A stretch of 64,000 nt of DNA from Epithemia pelagica (lineage: Eukaryota > Protista > Bacillariophyta): the NCBI GenBank assembly GCA_946965045.2, contig OX337230.1, positions 3,286,001 through 3,350,000 of the forward strand. Reading direction: 5' to 3'. The notes beneath the pieces are model-generated. The model worked only from the letters and a program-made list of their open reading frames with translations. It made no database searches and had not been told where the DNA came from. Both the position numbers and the translations under genes were made by a program. Shown piece after piece: positions 44,501 to 54,233 of this stretch. The stretch's first letter is position 1, and every line of letters begins with the position of its first letter.

Positions 44501-47248
44501 GAGTGTCTCCATAACACCTCGCATGCGTATATTGTCTTGAAGAGTGTTCACAAATTGCTTGGTAGACTTGATACCGTAAATATCAGTGACAAGAGTATCG
44601 CGGCCAACAAAAATTTGAGCCACCTTTCCACCATGATCAACAGCAGGTGTATCAGAAAAGATCGAATCGGTAGCAACGGGTTCATGACGACGTGGTAGAT
44701 TCAGGATAGGGTTGCGTGCCTTGAAATGTTTCTTGAGAGTGTCACAGTCAAAAATCACATTAGCATGTCGTGTAGTATGCTTGAAAGTATCGGCAATAAC
44801 TTCCTCGGATTGCCAACCAAAGAAGGGACGAAATTGTTTCCAATCATGTTCTTCCACATAACGACGATGGACAGATGCATGTTGAAGGGTTGGGTCTTCA
44901 CCATTAGCATCAGCATAGATAGAGAAATATGTGGTGTTGTCGGGTCCGTGGTCATAAGGAAGGTCAAGGAGAAGATTGAGATTGCAGACAACACGATCAG
45001 TGTACTCCCCATACGTGTCATATGGATAACGTGCCATACTGCCGTCGGTTGCAACCTGATGCCATGTAGTAGAAGCATCATGCTGTGGATCTGAATGAGT
45101 ATGGTCAAGAACAGAGGGGTCCCAAGTAGATGGCGAAGTAAAGATGATTTGCGGCAATCGGTCCATGTCATCATCAGAAGGGATACCTAATGAGTGGATA
45201 AAGGCAAGTCCATCCTTGATACACAGAGGTAAAGCACGTCCATCAAGGGTAGTGATACGTTGCTTTCCATCCCCCTTGACAGAACGTTCATCCACAGATA
45301 GCCCATAATGTTCCAATTGACAAGGCGCATGTATAGACTGTCCTTTTCCATAGTATGCATATTCGTTGAAGATACCAACGATTGGTCCATCATTAGTTTC
45401 AAACTTGGCAGCACAAGTGACAATGGGGAGACCAGTAAGTTCATGGTTGTCGATTCCCACAATCGTGATGTTACGACCTGTCTTGGAAAGGATACGCATA
45501 TCAGCTCCGGCTAAACCACCATTGGCACCACGATCAATGAGTTGATTCCCAGTATAAGTCGACTTTCGAGAGAACATATATTGAGTCATGTGGACCTTCT
45601 GCTTGTGCTCATTCTGTTTGAAACTAACTTTCTTACTCGTCTTAGATGCGGCATTGGATAGAACATTAGACAAATCAGAAGCTGGGTGATTGAGGTCGGT
45701 TGACGTCATTGCTTGATGGATGAGATGGGTGGCTGGATCGGAATCATCCTGCGGATATGTGGGGTTGTCCAGGTCATCGAAAACATCTTGACCAGGGTCA
45801 GGATCAGGTTCAGGATCAATGTCAAGGGAGTGTTGCTGTACTTTTCTTGGACTCGGAGTAGAAGCTTGCACGTTCTTGTTATACTCAACAATCATCTTGC
45901 GAGCATCCTCAGGAAGTTTAAACCATAGGTCACGAGGAAGACTGGCTTTTGGAGATGCCGTGTTATCATCTTGGACATTGGTATTGTTTATCTGATATGC
46001 ATCGTCTTCCTGAAGGGATCCCTCAATATCATGTTGTGTTTCGTGTTGCTCGTGTTGCTTGACACTACGACGACGACCAGTTGCAGAAGATTGCGTGACT
46101 TGATCATGGTCATATGCTGCGTCCATCAAAATGGAGAAGTACGACTGATAACATAAAGACTTTGCTCCAGACTTCGTGCTGACGACGTTGTCCAAGATTT
46201 TAACTCTGCGAAGGTCAGGTACCTTCTCGACAGCTTGCATAAGAAACGTCATCCTGGTGTGATCAGGTATGCGATCAGAGAGATCAACAAGGTTATCGAG
46301 TAAACGTAGTTTGTCTTGGAAATGAAGCAAAAATTGACGTGATGATCCACGCCATGTATCATCGAGGCGAAGGTTGGAGATGTAATTGGTTAATCGTAAG
46401 ACCTCTCGTTTCGCTAAGTCTGACTTCGTATGCAATGTGTGAAGCTTCTGTAACACTGCTCGTGCGTCTTCATCATGTTCATGTTCGCGAACATAAGCTC
46501 TTCCTTGATCAGTCTGGATGATGCGCACAAGGACAGAGTATAGGAATATTTGTTGCTCTTGGAAAAGTTCTGTTGCATACGTATCATTCGTCGGTGGCTT
46601 GTATCGGAAGTCAAGAACATTAGATAAACCTTGGGCTTTTGCTGTGGTCTTGAAAGTCCTCCAGAACGTGTCGTAGTATTGTTCATCCTTGAATGTTTCA
46701 TATGCCATAGCGTCACGCTTGGTTCCCTTCTTGAATGCGGTTAGGTCCAGTTGGGACTGTGATGCAGCAGAAGTAGTACTAAACGATTTGGGTGACGTCG
46801 AATGGGATGGAGATTTCATAGGTGATACTGGGTCATTGATAGGGCTTCCGGAGCGAAAGTCAGTGTTTATCCTCCATAGATCAAATTCTGCCTTGGTCAG
46901 ATTCATCCAGGTTGCCTTGGAAGGTATACCCTGAATGTCGATACTCGTTTGTCGGAACCAATGGGCAAGCAACTTGATCTGCTGGCTTGTATTGACATGT
47001 AGGTCGTGCATTTGTTTTCCTGACTTGTATTTTGTCATACTATCCATGTTCTTCTCAGGGTCAATTGCCATATGTTCAATGATACTAAGGATATCATCAA
47101 AAGCATGATGGTGCATCCATTTCACGAGTACATCGACCCTTTCCTTGGAAAAGTTGAACAACACCTGAGTCATATGATCAAAGACTTCTTGATCAGATAT
47201 ACTTTGATTGGTGTTGAACTCTGGTGTAGTCGGTGTAGTTGGTTCCAT
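41582..47248 (-). CDS. E2 gag-pol polyprotein, 1888 aa
   Basis: Colinear with E1 gag-pol with all catalytic motifs; its stop codon is the first TAG of the 3' LTR. Confidence 0.97.
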   Translation of the reverse strand: MEPTTPTTPEFNTNQSISDQEVFDHMTQVLFNFSKERVDVLVKWMHHHAFDDILSIIEHMAIDPEKNMDSMTKYKSGKQMHDLHVNTSQQIKLLAHWFRQTSIDIQGIPSKATWMNLTKAEFDLWRINTDFRSGSPINDPVSPMKSPSHSTSPKSFSTTSAASQSQLDLTAFKKGTKRDAMAYETFKDEQYYDTFWRTFKTTAKAQGLSNVLDFRYKPPTNDTYATELFQEQQIFLYSVLVRIIQTDQGRAYVREHEHDEDARAVLQKLHTLHTKSDLAKREVLRLTNYISNLRLDDTWRGSSRQFLLHFQDKLRLLDNLVDLSDRIPDHTRMTFLMQAVEKVPDLRRVKILDNVVSTKSGAKSLCYQSYFSILMDAAYDHDQVTQSSATGRRRSVKQHEQHETQHDIEGSLQEDDAYQINNTNVQDDNTASPKASLPRDLWFKLPEDARKMIVEYNKNVQASTPSPRKVQQHSLDIDPEPDPDPGQDVFDDLDNPTYPQDDSDPATHLIHQAMTSTDLNHPASDLSNVLSNAASKTSKKVSFKQNEHKQKVHMTQYMFSRKSTYTGNQLIDRGANGGLAGADMRILSKTGRNITIVGIDNHELTGLPIVTCAAKFETNDGPIVGIFNEYAYYGKGQSIHAPCQLEHYGLSVDERSVKGDGKQRITTLDGRALPLCIKDGLAFIHSLGIPSDDDMDRLPQIIFTSPSTWDPSVLDHTHSDPQHDASTTWHQVATDGSMARYPYDTYGEYTDRVVCNLNLLLDLPYDHGPDNTTYFSIYADANGEDPTLQHASVHRRYVEEHDWKQFRPFFGWQSEEVIADTFKHTTRHANVIFDCDTLKKHFKARNPILNLPRRHEPVATDSIFSDTPAVDHGGKVAQIFVGRDTLVTDIYGIKSTKQFVNTLQDNIRMRGVMETLISDGGSSLISHKVKDILRTLLIGEYRSEPYHQHQNKAENRYQTVKRMANAIMNATGCPANVWLLCLEYVCDLLNHSSSHAHSGRTPIEALTGHPPDISHLLFFPFWDEVYYRVDPSEPSSGPYPSSTDEKLGHWVGFAHNVGDAFTWKILSADNHILYRSAVRRVASTTPNLRVDRPSGETSPKDDTDKQADTVFIRSKSEDPSKPMPTIDYEDMIGRTFLCDTEENGERHRARVVKRVVDLNEESLKQQERIKYIYRKTNSDVDEMISYNQIMEYIERDNQAQTSGDNLFRFRDVIAHQGPLSSTDPDYKGSKYNLLVDWETGETTYEPLSLIANDDPITVAIYGKKHGLLNEPGWKHLKRYVKTSKRLIRAAKQSRIKQVRRSVKYKFGFQVPRDYAEAVNLDKQNGTTRWQDATELELSQIQSYETFKDHGKAIFTNGKVSNAPEGYQKIRVHLVFDVKHDGRHKARLVADGHLTKEPVETIYSGVVSIRNLRIALFLGSLNDLEVWGADIGNAYLEALTGEKLYIVAGPEFKELEGHILIIYKALYGLKSSGARWHDVLFDVLTDMGFSPSKADPDIWMRKAPGEDCYEYIAVYVDDLAIIATDPGNICKVFKEKYNFKLKGDGPIDYHLGCRYTKDPDGTLVSDPRRYISKMMDTFERIFKEKPKKAKTPLIAGDHPELDDTKLLDEEGTQHFQTLIGQLQWVITIGRFDVFTATMTLSRFRAAPRQGHLNRAKRIYGYLFNLSDGAIRFRIREPDFSSIPSQDFDWSRTVYSDAKEYIPHDCPEPLGRYVTTTHYVDANLMHDMITGKSVTAILHLLNGTPIDWYSKRQSTVETATYGSEFVAARTAVDQITELRHSLCYLGVPIRDRSYLFGDNRSVVVNATMPHSILSKRHHLLSYHRVREAIAAQYVAFYWKDGKTNPADILSKHWEFATIWPLLKPLLFWRGEVQDLYESSDDKAEPKSCGE

Positions 47249-47326
47249 GATTGCTTGACTTGGTGATAAGATATGTTGATATGTGTCCTGTGATGTCTTA
47301 GTCGAAAACTTTAGTTAAAACTTGTA

Positions 47327-47412
47327 ACCCGGATGTGTGGTGTGCCTTGTGAACCCGGATGTGCCACGTATGTCCACGTGTGATGTGATGTCCGAAAGGT
47401 AACCCGGATGTG
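47327..47412 (-). repeat. Three copies of CACATCCGGGT in the ORF0-gag spacer of E2
   Basis: ACCCGGATGTG on plus at 47327, 47353 and 47402. Confidence 0.85.
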
Positions 47413-47461
47413 CGGAACTCGGTTTTGTCTCTGGTTTGGTGTGAAAACTACTTAAAATTAC

Positions 47462-48241
47462 TTACACGTGGTCACTTCTGGGCTCGTTGTGGTAATCAAG
47501 TTGAATCGGAGACTCAGTAACAGAGGTAGCTTCTTCGTTGCCGTTGTGGTCCTCAACTAGGTGGTTCACTGGTTGGGTGAGTAGAGGGAAGATAGTGGCA
47601 CGGAAGTCCTGGTGCAACTTGATAACGTGGATGAAACCAACGTAGTCGTCGAGACGGGTAGTCAAGGTAGGAAGAGGTTGGTTAGTCTTGTTCACGACCC
47701 AAATGGTATGGAAGTAATTGACCGGACGCTGGAAAGTAAGGAAGCGTACCCGAAGGCAGCCTGATGGGGTGGTCGATAGGGTCGTCGCTATGTATCGGTA
47801 GCTTGGAGATTGGTATAGCAAGTCTAGGAGTCGTTGGATATCCTCTAGGTCGACGACGGGTTGGACGGACTCGAACGAGACCTCGTGTTCGAGCGTCGAA
47901 CGGATGTGGTCCGGGTCGCTCTGATACTCGGATGGCTCGCGGAAGTAACGGAGGTGCGCGTTGATGAGACGGCTCGTACGTCGGGTGCGAGTTGGGTTCG
48001 GGCGAGGAGGTGTACTCGGTCGGCGTGCAAGGGTGTTCGGCGGGCGATTTGGGTCGGACGGCGGAGGGACGACTTGATCGGGAGTCTGGAACGGATTAGG
48101 CGCGCTAGCCTTCTCCGGGGAGTTAGAGGGCGTCTCGATGAGGAATTCGCCAGGGTGGACGGCAATCTGCTGTGTTGGGTCACCACTCTGCTGGAAAGCG
48201 TTGTAGATCCGACGGATAGGAGTATTGGAGTCACTGGACAT
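47462..48241 (-). CDS. E2 ORF0 (259 aa), homolog of E1 ORF0
   Basis: ATG about 40 nt downstream of the LTR; aligns end to end with E1 ORF0. Confidence 0.88.
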   Translation of the reverse strand: MSSDSNTPIRRIYNAFQQSGDPTQQIAVHPGEFLIETPSNSPEKASAPNPFQTPDQVVPPPSDPNRPPNTLARRPSTPPRPNPTRTRRTSRLINAHLRYFREPSEYQSDPDHIRSTLEHEVSFESVQPVVDLEDIQRLLDLLYQSPSYRYIATTLSTTPSGCLRVRFLTFQRPVNYFHTIWVVNKTNQPLPTLTTRLDDYVGFIHVIKLHQDFRATIFPLLTQPVNHLVEDHNGNEEATSVTESPIQLDYHNEPRSDHV

Positions 48242-48266
48242 GAAAACTTTGGGGAAATGAGACAGT

Positions 48267-48280
48267 TGAGACTGTTAATC
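48267..48280 (-). promoter_or_regulatory. Primer-binding site of E2, GATTAACAGTCTCA
   Basis: Directly abuts the 5' LTR end at 48281. Confidence 0.85.
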
Positions 48281-49035
48281 TAGTAGAATTCCGTCAGTAC
48301 ACGCTCTAGAAGAGCCACAATCGATTACCAACTGATACCAAGGTTCTCCACGGGTCAGAGAACAAAGGAAACCCAAGGGTTCTATCGTAGGGATAGTCAG
48401 GACACTGAAGACGTGATGATATGGTAATGTTAATGATTGTGAGCTTACTACTAGGTTTGGTGTGTGAGATTTCCATTCTTGTTGTCGATCGTGTGAAATA
48501 GGTTCTTGGCGGTGATAGGTCTGGAATGGTTGGAGTTGATGTATGTGAGGTATATAACATGTATATGTGCTTGTATATCATATACAGCCTCAACGATTCT
48601 TGGCTAAAGTTGGTATATGTAGTTTTGTTGGCGCGTCCTTGTTTGCAATCTTGAAATAGTGGGAACGATGATATGGTCTCGCGTGATCGTGATTCGTGCC
48701 TTGTGTACTTAGACCGTTGGGTCGGATACATGATCGCCACGCTCGGATAGTTCTTGCGCGCATCTTGACGAATTTGGGCGCGCACGCTTAGGGCATAGGT
48801 CAGGCTCGGATGATCATCCGTTGATGGGATATCAAGACCAAAGTTGATTCTTGATAGCACGTTCGTCAATCTGTTCTCACTTTTTGGTATATGCGACCGA
48901 AATATAGGTTGAGCTAGCGCGAAGCTAGGTATGTAGTGTGGATGTAGGTGATGTAGGTGATGTTTGAAGCCACGGGACTCGACTAACCGATGAGGTGCCG
49001 AACCTAACCGATGATTTTCGGTGAGAGTTCTACTA
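48281..49035 (-). repeat. 5' LTR of E2
   Basis: 755 bp, same sequence as 40830-41584. Confidence 0.97.
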
Positions 49036-49093
49036 CAACCCACTGCTTTGAATCGATCGAACAATCAACCTAACGTGCGGAGTTTGGAGTACG

Positions 49094-49633
49094 ATGCTAC
49101 CAACACCAACAATCAACAACGGCATGGAGGACGAGGTCGAGTTCTTTTTCAACAAGGACAAGTTTGGCTCTGAAGACGATCGAAGTCGATGTAACTTTCG
49201 GACGAGCTTTTACGCGGACAGGGTCAATGTTCTCGTTGGAGACATTGTCGACAACGGCGCAGAACAAAATGGACGGAATGTTGTCGACCGTGGGTATGTT
49301 CTCCTCCAACGGGAGACAAGCACAGACTATCTTCGGTTGGCATTTTACAAGAGGGAAGCGCGGTCCGAGTTTGCCGACCCGCTGCTTGTGCTGCCAGTTG
49401 GGTTCATTGTCAAGACAGTGATGAAGGAAGTTCTCTCACCCACGGACTCCAGCAAGAAGAAGGGCCGCATTCAATTCTACACACGGTGCACGATCGATAC
49501 AAAGAGCAGCATGGACCCAATGGTCGTCACCCTCTACATGAGCCTCTTCCACATGGAAGAGCTCAAGACTGCTCTTGCCTACATGACGACAAAATACCCT
49601 ACCCAGAACCTGTTCTTTACAGCAGATGCGTAA
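49094..49633 (+). CDS. Transposon-borne hypothetical protein (179 aa)
   Basis: ATG-initiated globular-looking ORF inside the TIRs; no family recognised. Confidence 0.6.
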   Translation: MLPTPTINNGMEDEVEFFFNKDKFGSEDDRSRCNFRTSFYADRVNVLVGDIVDNGAEQNGRNVVDRGYVLLQRETSTDYLRLAFYKREARSEFADPLLVLPVGFIVKTVMKEVLSPTDSSKKKGRIQFYTRCTIDTKSSMDPMVVTLYMSLFHMEELKTALAYMTTKYPTQNLFFTADA

Positions 49634-49800
49634 TAGAACCTACTTAGTCGATTAGCAATAGTACTTGTTGTGTTTGTAGCCAGGAATGGCATCGTATTTG
49701 TCCAAACATCGATCCATCCCATTGTCATGGTTGCTGCGGATTATCCACTGTGGAGTTTTGTGTACTGGTTTTTTTCGGGTACAGTCTTGTACACTAATAT

Positions 49801-49831
49801 ACTCATGTACTCCGCAACGTGAACCAGCTCG
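49801..49831 (-). repeat. Right TIR (reverse complement CGAGCTGGTTCACGTTGCGGAGTACATGAGT)
   Basis: Followed by TA at 49832-49833. Confidence 0.88.
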
Positions 49832-50335
49832 TATGGTTAAGGCCCATCGTGTGTGGTCAGTGGTCGGGTCCGTCTCTCGTTTTGCTTGTTGATCAAATGT
49901 GGCAGTGTGGGTGCTCTATCGTTTGTATACACCCAGCTGCCTCGTCATTGGATAAAACCAGGGTATATATGGGTATAGGTATGATGATCGACCATATGGG
50001 CTGACAGAGAGGTGGATGGAGTGGCAATGGGCAACGAATCCGTTCCAGCGACCGAACGCTTCTACATCATGTGATTCGATACCAGCAGAACGATGGTCGT
50101 ACTTTCCGGATGACAGGTTCGAATCTCGAAGAATAACACAACAACACTGTTTCTGATCAACGTGGGTTTGATTCTCCTTACAGCAAATCGCGTCTTCTGG
50201 TTGGCTTCCAGCGGCCGGGTTCGGGCGTTTCGTTCGCGCTCCGCGCATGTGTTCGAACAAGCAACATGCGAGGTCTTGCGATAAGGATGGTTCTGTTTGG
50301 AATTCGCATGACTCGATTGGATCATTGAGTTGTTA

Positions 50336-50386
50336 CGAGGTCGTTTGATTCAATCGCATTCGAGGTCGTTTGATTCAATCGCATTC
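50336..50386. repeat. 25-bp tandem duplication of CGAGGTCGTTTGATTCAATCGCATT
   Basis: Two adjacent exact copies. Confidence 0.9.
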
Positions 50387-50708
50387 TCTTATGTCGGATT
50401 TGGAGGTGTCTTGGAACCCTTGATCGGTGATCAATCAGGGGGAGAGGGGGATGCACGTATGAGACTCGGAGGAAACCACCATCTTCATGACGAGACATAT
50501 TTGAGCCAGGTGGTGCTAGGGAGAACTAGTTACGAGTGCGAATGAAGCATCTTGTTCCTGGACGATTCAAGCACAATCCTCCCCATGCTCACTGCCAACC
50601 CCTCACATGGTTGCGAAGCACTTTATAGAATCCGATTGGAAACGTGACGTGCATGTGAAAAGAGTCCATAATTTTCGTGGGCAACGAGATTAGAAGGAAG
50701 CAAGACAA

Positions 50709-53658
50709 ATGCCGCCTGTGCACTACAACTATGAGCGGCTTAATGCTGTTCTTCTCTGCGAAGCTATTACTAAGCTCAGTCCAATTCAGCATTTAAACAT
50801 GTTTGATTGGTGTTCCATTGATGGATGGGCCATGTCAAAAGATCTAAAACAGCAAGAAGCAGATTCTTGCTGTTCGCTGAGGTATGCCATTGCCACTGAT
50901 TCTGATCGAGACACAATTTATCTGGTTGTATCGAACGACTTTGATGTGGAAAGCATGACTCAATTGCAGTTGCGTACCCCACAAGGCTTCCAAGTTTCCA
51001 GTAGAGATGGTACCCCTGCCGGTGTACACAGCGGTTGTCTTGGATACGCGGAGGGCTTACCCTTGGTAGAATTGCTTGGAGAGCATGGTGACGCTGGAAA
51101 ACGAATTATTGTTTGTGGTTTCGGATGGGGAGGTACCTTGGCCAGCATTGCGACGTGTATTCTTCGCCAACAGGCCATGTCGGCTTGGAAAGATCGAATT
51201 GTTGGATACACGTTCGGTGCACCACAAGGTTTTGCCAGTCCAGGCCTTGTCGAAACCACAGCTGTTACCTCCGGAGACTCGAGTGCCTTGGAACACTTTG
51301 TTCACCCTCAAGATATTGTTCATGGATTTTCTCTGTGCCCCGACTCCTTACAGAACAGGGCACCCATGAAGAAAGTACGGTGTCTCTGCCGGATCTTTTA
51401 CACACGATGTTTCCGAACGAATCTGGGGAAAGGATTTCATCGGTAACCAAACAGTTGATGAGAAATGACGTCGAGTACACTCCAACTGGTTCCATCTACG
51501 ACATTACTGTGACAGATGAGGAAGAATGTCGGATGGAGAAGGATCGAGCCGTTTCCATCATGAAGAATTTCAGTCCTCCTGGTTCCCTCGAGAGTTACCA
51601 AACTACTTTCATGCGGGAGATTCACACCATTGACACCTACATTGATCACATTCTACAAGCTATTCCGCGCGAGCCATATGTTGCTTCTCCCCATATTACA
51701 ACCAAATGCATTCAGGCGTCCTGGAAACCTCACTTCTTGAGTATAAGTCGAGTAGGATTTGAACAGGATAATATTCGCTTGGAAGTCATCGGGCACCGCC
51801 TTGGTTCTACACTCCCGCTGCTGGCAACGGATGTTTCAGTGGGCGGATGTACGGTCGTTGGCACACATCTTCTTTCCATGTCGCCCACGGCCATATCCTT
51901 TGATATTTCCCTTGCGGAGAAAATTCCTCAAGGCACTGAGGTATCCCTGCGTCTTTGTTTTCGTTCCACGATGCTTGAATCTCCCCACGTCGTTGAAACA
52001 AATGTGAAAGACCAGTGGTTCCAAGATCGTGAAGCAACTATCGAGCAAGGTTCCCTCATGTGTCTCTTGGCCCATGCCCGTGTATTGCAGATCGCTTGTT
52101 CGAACACATCACACACAGCTCAGGTTGCATCTGAGAGCGATGACGTATGTGAGGCCTTTGCAAATGAGACAATGACAATCGCTCACCAGATAGACGTGTT
52201 TCTGTCTTCCTCCGACCTTGAGGACTCCCAGAAGAAAGATCTGATTCATCTGTTCCATGTTCTCGAATTGCCGGGTGTGGATCGTCGAACGTTGCTAAAT
52301 ACTCTGGTTCTGTCTATGATCGAGGCATGGAGGCGAAAGAAAGAGTTCGACATTTTCAAGGTCACATCGAAATGGTACACGTCTGAAGATTCCAGAGAAA
52401 ATGGAACTGCTTCCTCGAACTGCAGTATTCTGACAATACCTACCGCATCCAACTTGCTTTCATCAAGTGTCACGTCAACAAAAGCAACGTCGGAAATGTA
52501 TCGTGTTGAAGCGGCTATGATCTACGTGGCTTTGTCGCAATTTCGTGCTCATTTTCTACGAATTCAACACAGGAGGACCCTAACAATCTTTTCGTGGGTA
52601 GCCGCTATATGGGCGTGGTTTCTAGGTCCGCTGTTTTGGTTCTCAATTCTCTACGCCCAGGCCGCAGTGATGGGCACCACTGCTTGGATTGCCTTTTTTT
52701 CAGCCATGTTCAACTCTGATTCCGTTATTGACTACCTGGTTTCACTTCTGGGTGACTCTGATTCATATGTTTATACGTCAGGAGCAATTGCCGAGAAATT
52801 CGTGCTGTCAATGGTAAGCGAAATGCGCGATGGTTCATCCCTCAAGGATGACGAAGAGCGTTTTGTTGAAAAGATGAACAGCAGTAGCTCGGATGAATTG
52901 TGGGGGTCCTCTTCCCGTCTCGATTATTTGAAACACGCCCTACCATCTGACCGAGAGGCGATGATGTCATTGGTTATGGCGTATATAAAGCCAATTCTTT
53001 TGTTGAGAAACTATCTGTTGAAGAAACGAGTCTTCACAGTGGCCGTCGTGGGAGAGCCGGGAAGCGGGAAGACCACCTTTGTTTCCAAAGCGTTCCGAAC
53101 AAAGAAATATCAGGAGCGCACTTCAGAACACCAAATGCATACCAGGCATATACAATCGAAGGAAGAAGACTTGGTGACACTTTTCAATATCTTTGATTTC
53201 CCAGGCATGAACGGAAACGACGCATTTGCTGGGGCAGATGTATCAAATTTGGAAGCAATGATCCCCGCTTTGGATTGTATGTTGTTTTTCACCAAGCTGA
53301 ACAGTCGTTGCTTCCTTGCCGAAGAGCTACTGAAAAAAGTCCGGGGCTTCGATTGGTGTTTTCGCATGTCGACACATGTGTACGGAACAAGGTCAACATC
53401 GCCTTGGACGACACTATCGAACAGGATGTTGATGAAGAGGACATAGATAAGGAATTGTTGGTGCATGCGTGTGTGGAATCTGTTGTCGCTGACAGCAAGT
53501 CATTTTGCGATTCTCACCGTGTCCCGTCGAGCGATGCTGTGACGTGGACACCAAATCGACCTTTGAATGACCTACCGTGACTGTACAAGAACGTACTGTC
53601 TCCTCATTTGACTTCTACGAAAGAACTATCTTCATGGCTCGATAGCCTGGCTGTCTAG
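50709..53658 (+). pseudogene. Lipase-like / hydrophobic segment / P-loop GTPase fusion, copy B (disrupted)
   Basis: IIVCGFGWGG, GEPGSGKT, DFPGMNGND, SHVD; colinear with copy A. Frameshifts near 51320 and 53345, and in-frame TGA at 53578-53580. Confidence 0.8.
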
Positions 53659-54233
53659 ATAACCAAGAACCCCACAAGAGCGACAGACTAGACATAGCAG
53701 CAATCTCGACGAAGCTGAACATGTTGATTATTAGCAATTTCCACGCATTACGATAGGATGACATCTTGCACGAGTTAAATCTGGATAAGAACTTTCTGTC
53801 TGTTCTCCCTCAGTTAGATTGAATCCAATTTCCAAATTTGTTAGATCCGGATATGAAACGTCGACAATCCTTTTGGATCAACTTCTCATGACATCCAAAT
53901 TACACACGTGGCAACGTCACCACAGATGTACCAAGAGATCAGGTGATGAGACTTCCATTGGTTCCATCTCACTTTCTTACCCTGTCCTGAGTCTCGCCCA
54001 CGACTTTTGCCGTTTTGGCAGCCACGAGGGACCCGTTCGGAGTCCTGAAGTCCACCGAGACCTGTTGCCCAAAAAGTTAAAACACAGCACAGCTGCCCCA
54101 TTTGCGTGACAACTTCCTGTTCCAGTTTGTGACCACGGCGTTGCTACTCGGAAGTTTGACGCCGGGGACCATCGAGTGGACATGCGGTATGCTATCAGTC
54201 GAAGTGACACTTTCAATTGCCGTTATATTAATT

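Larger units (their letters stand above)
40830..49035 (-). mobile_element. Full-length recent Ty1/copia element E2 with CAACC target-site duplication
   Basis: Two 755-bp LTRs identical by eye; CAACC at 40825-29 and 49036-40; PBS, ORF0, intact 1888-aa gag-pol, GGGGAG PPT. Confidence 0.97.
34641..49831 (+). mobile_element. Large cargo-carrying TIR DNA transposon (IS630/Tc1/mariner-like); ~6980 bp after removing nested copia E2
   Basis: 31-bp TIRs (27/31 match) each flanked by TA (34639-40 and 49832-33), enclosing a DDE transposase and three further genes. Confidence 0.85.

Noticed and set aside
40829-49036. Alternative E2 boundaries including the flanking C on each side
   Set aside because: Those bases belong to the PBS (first G) and PPT (last G) as positioned in E1, and including them destroys the 5-bp CAACC TSD.
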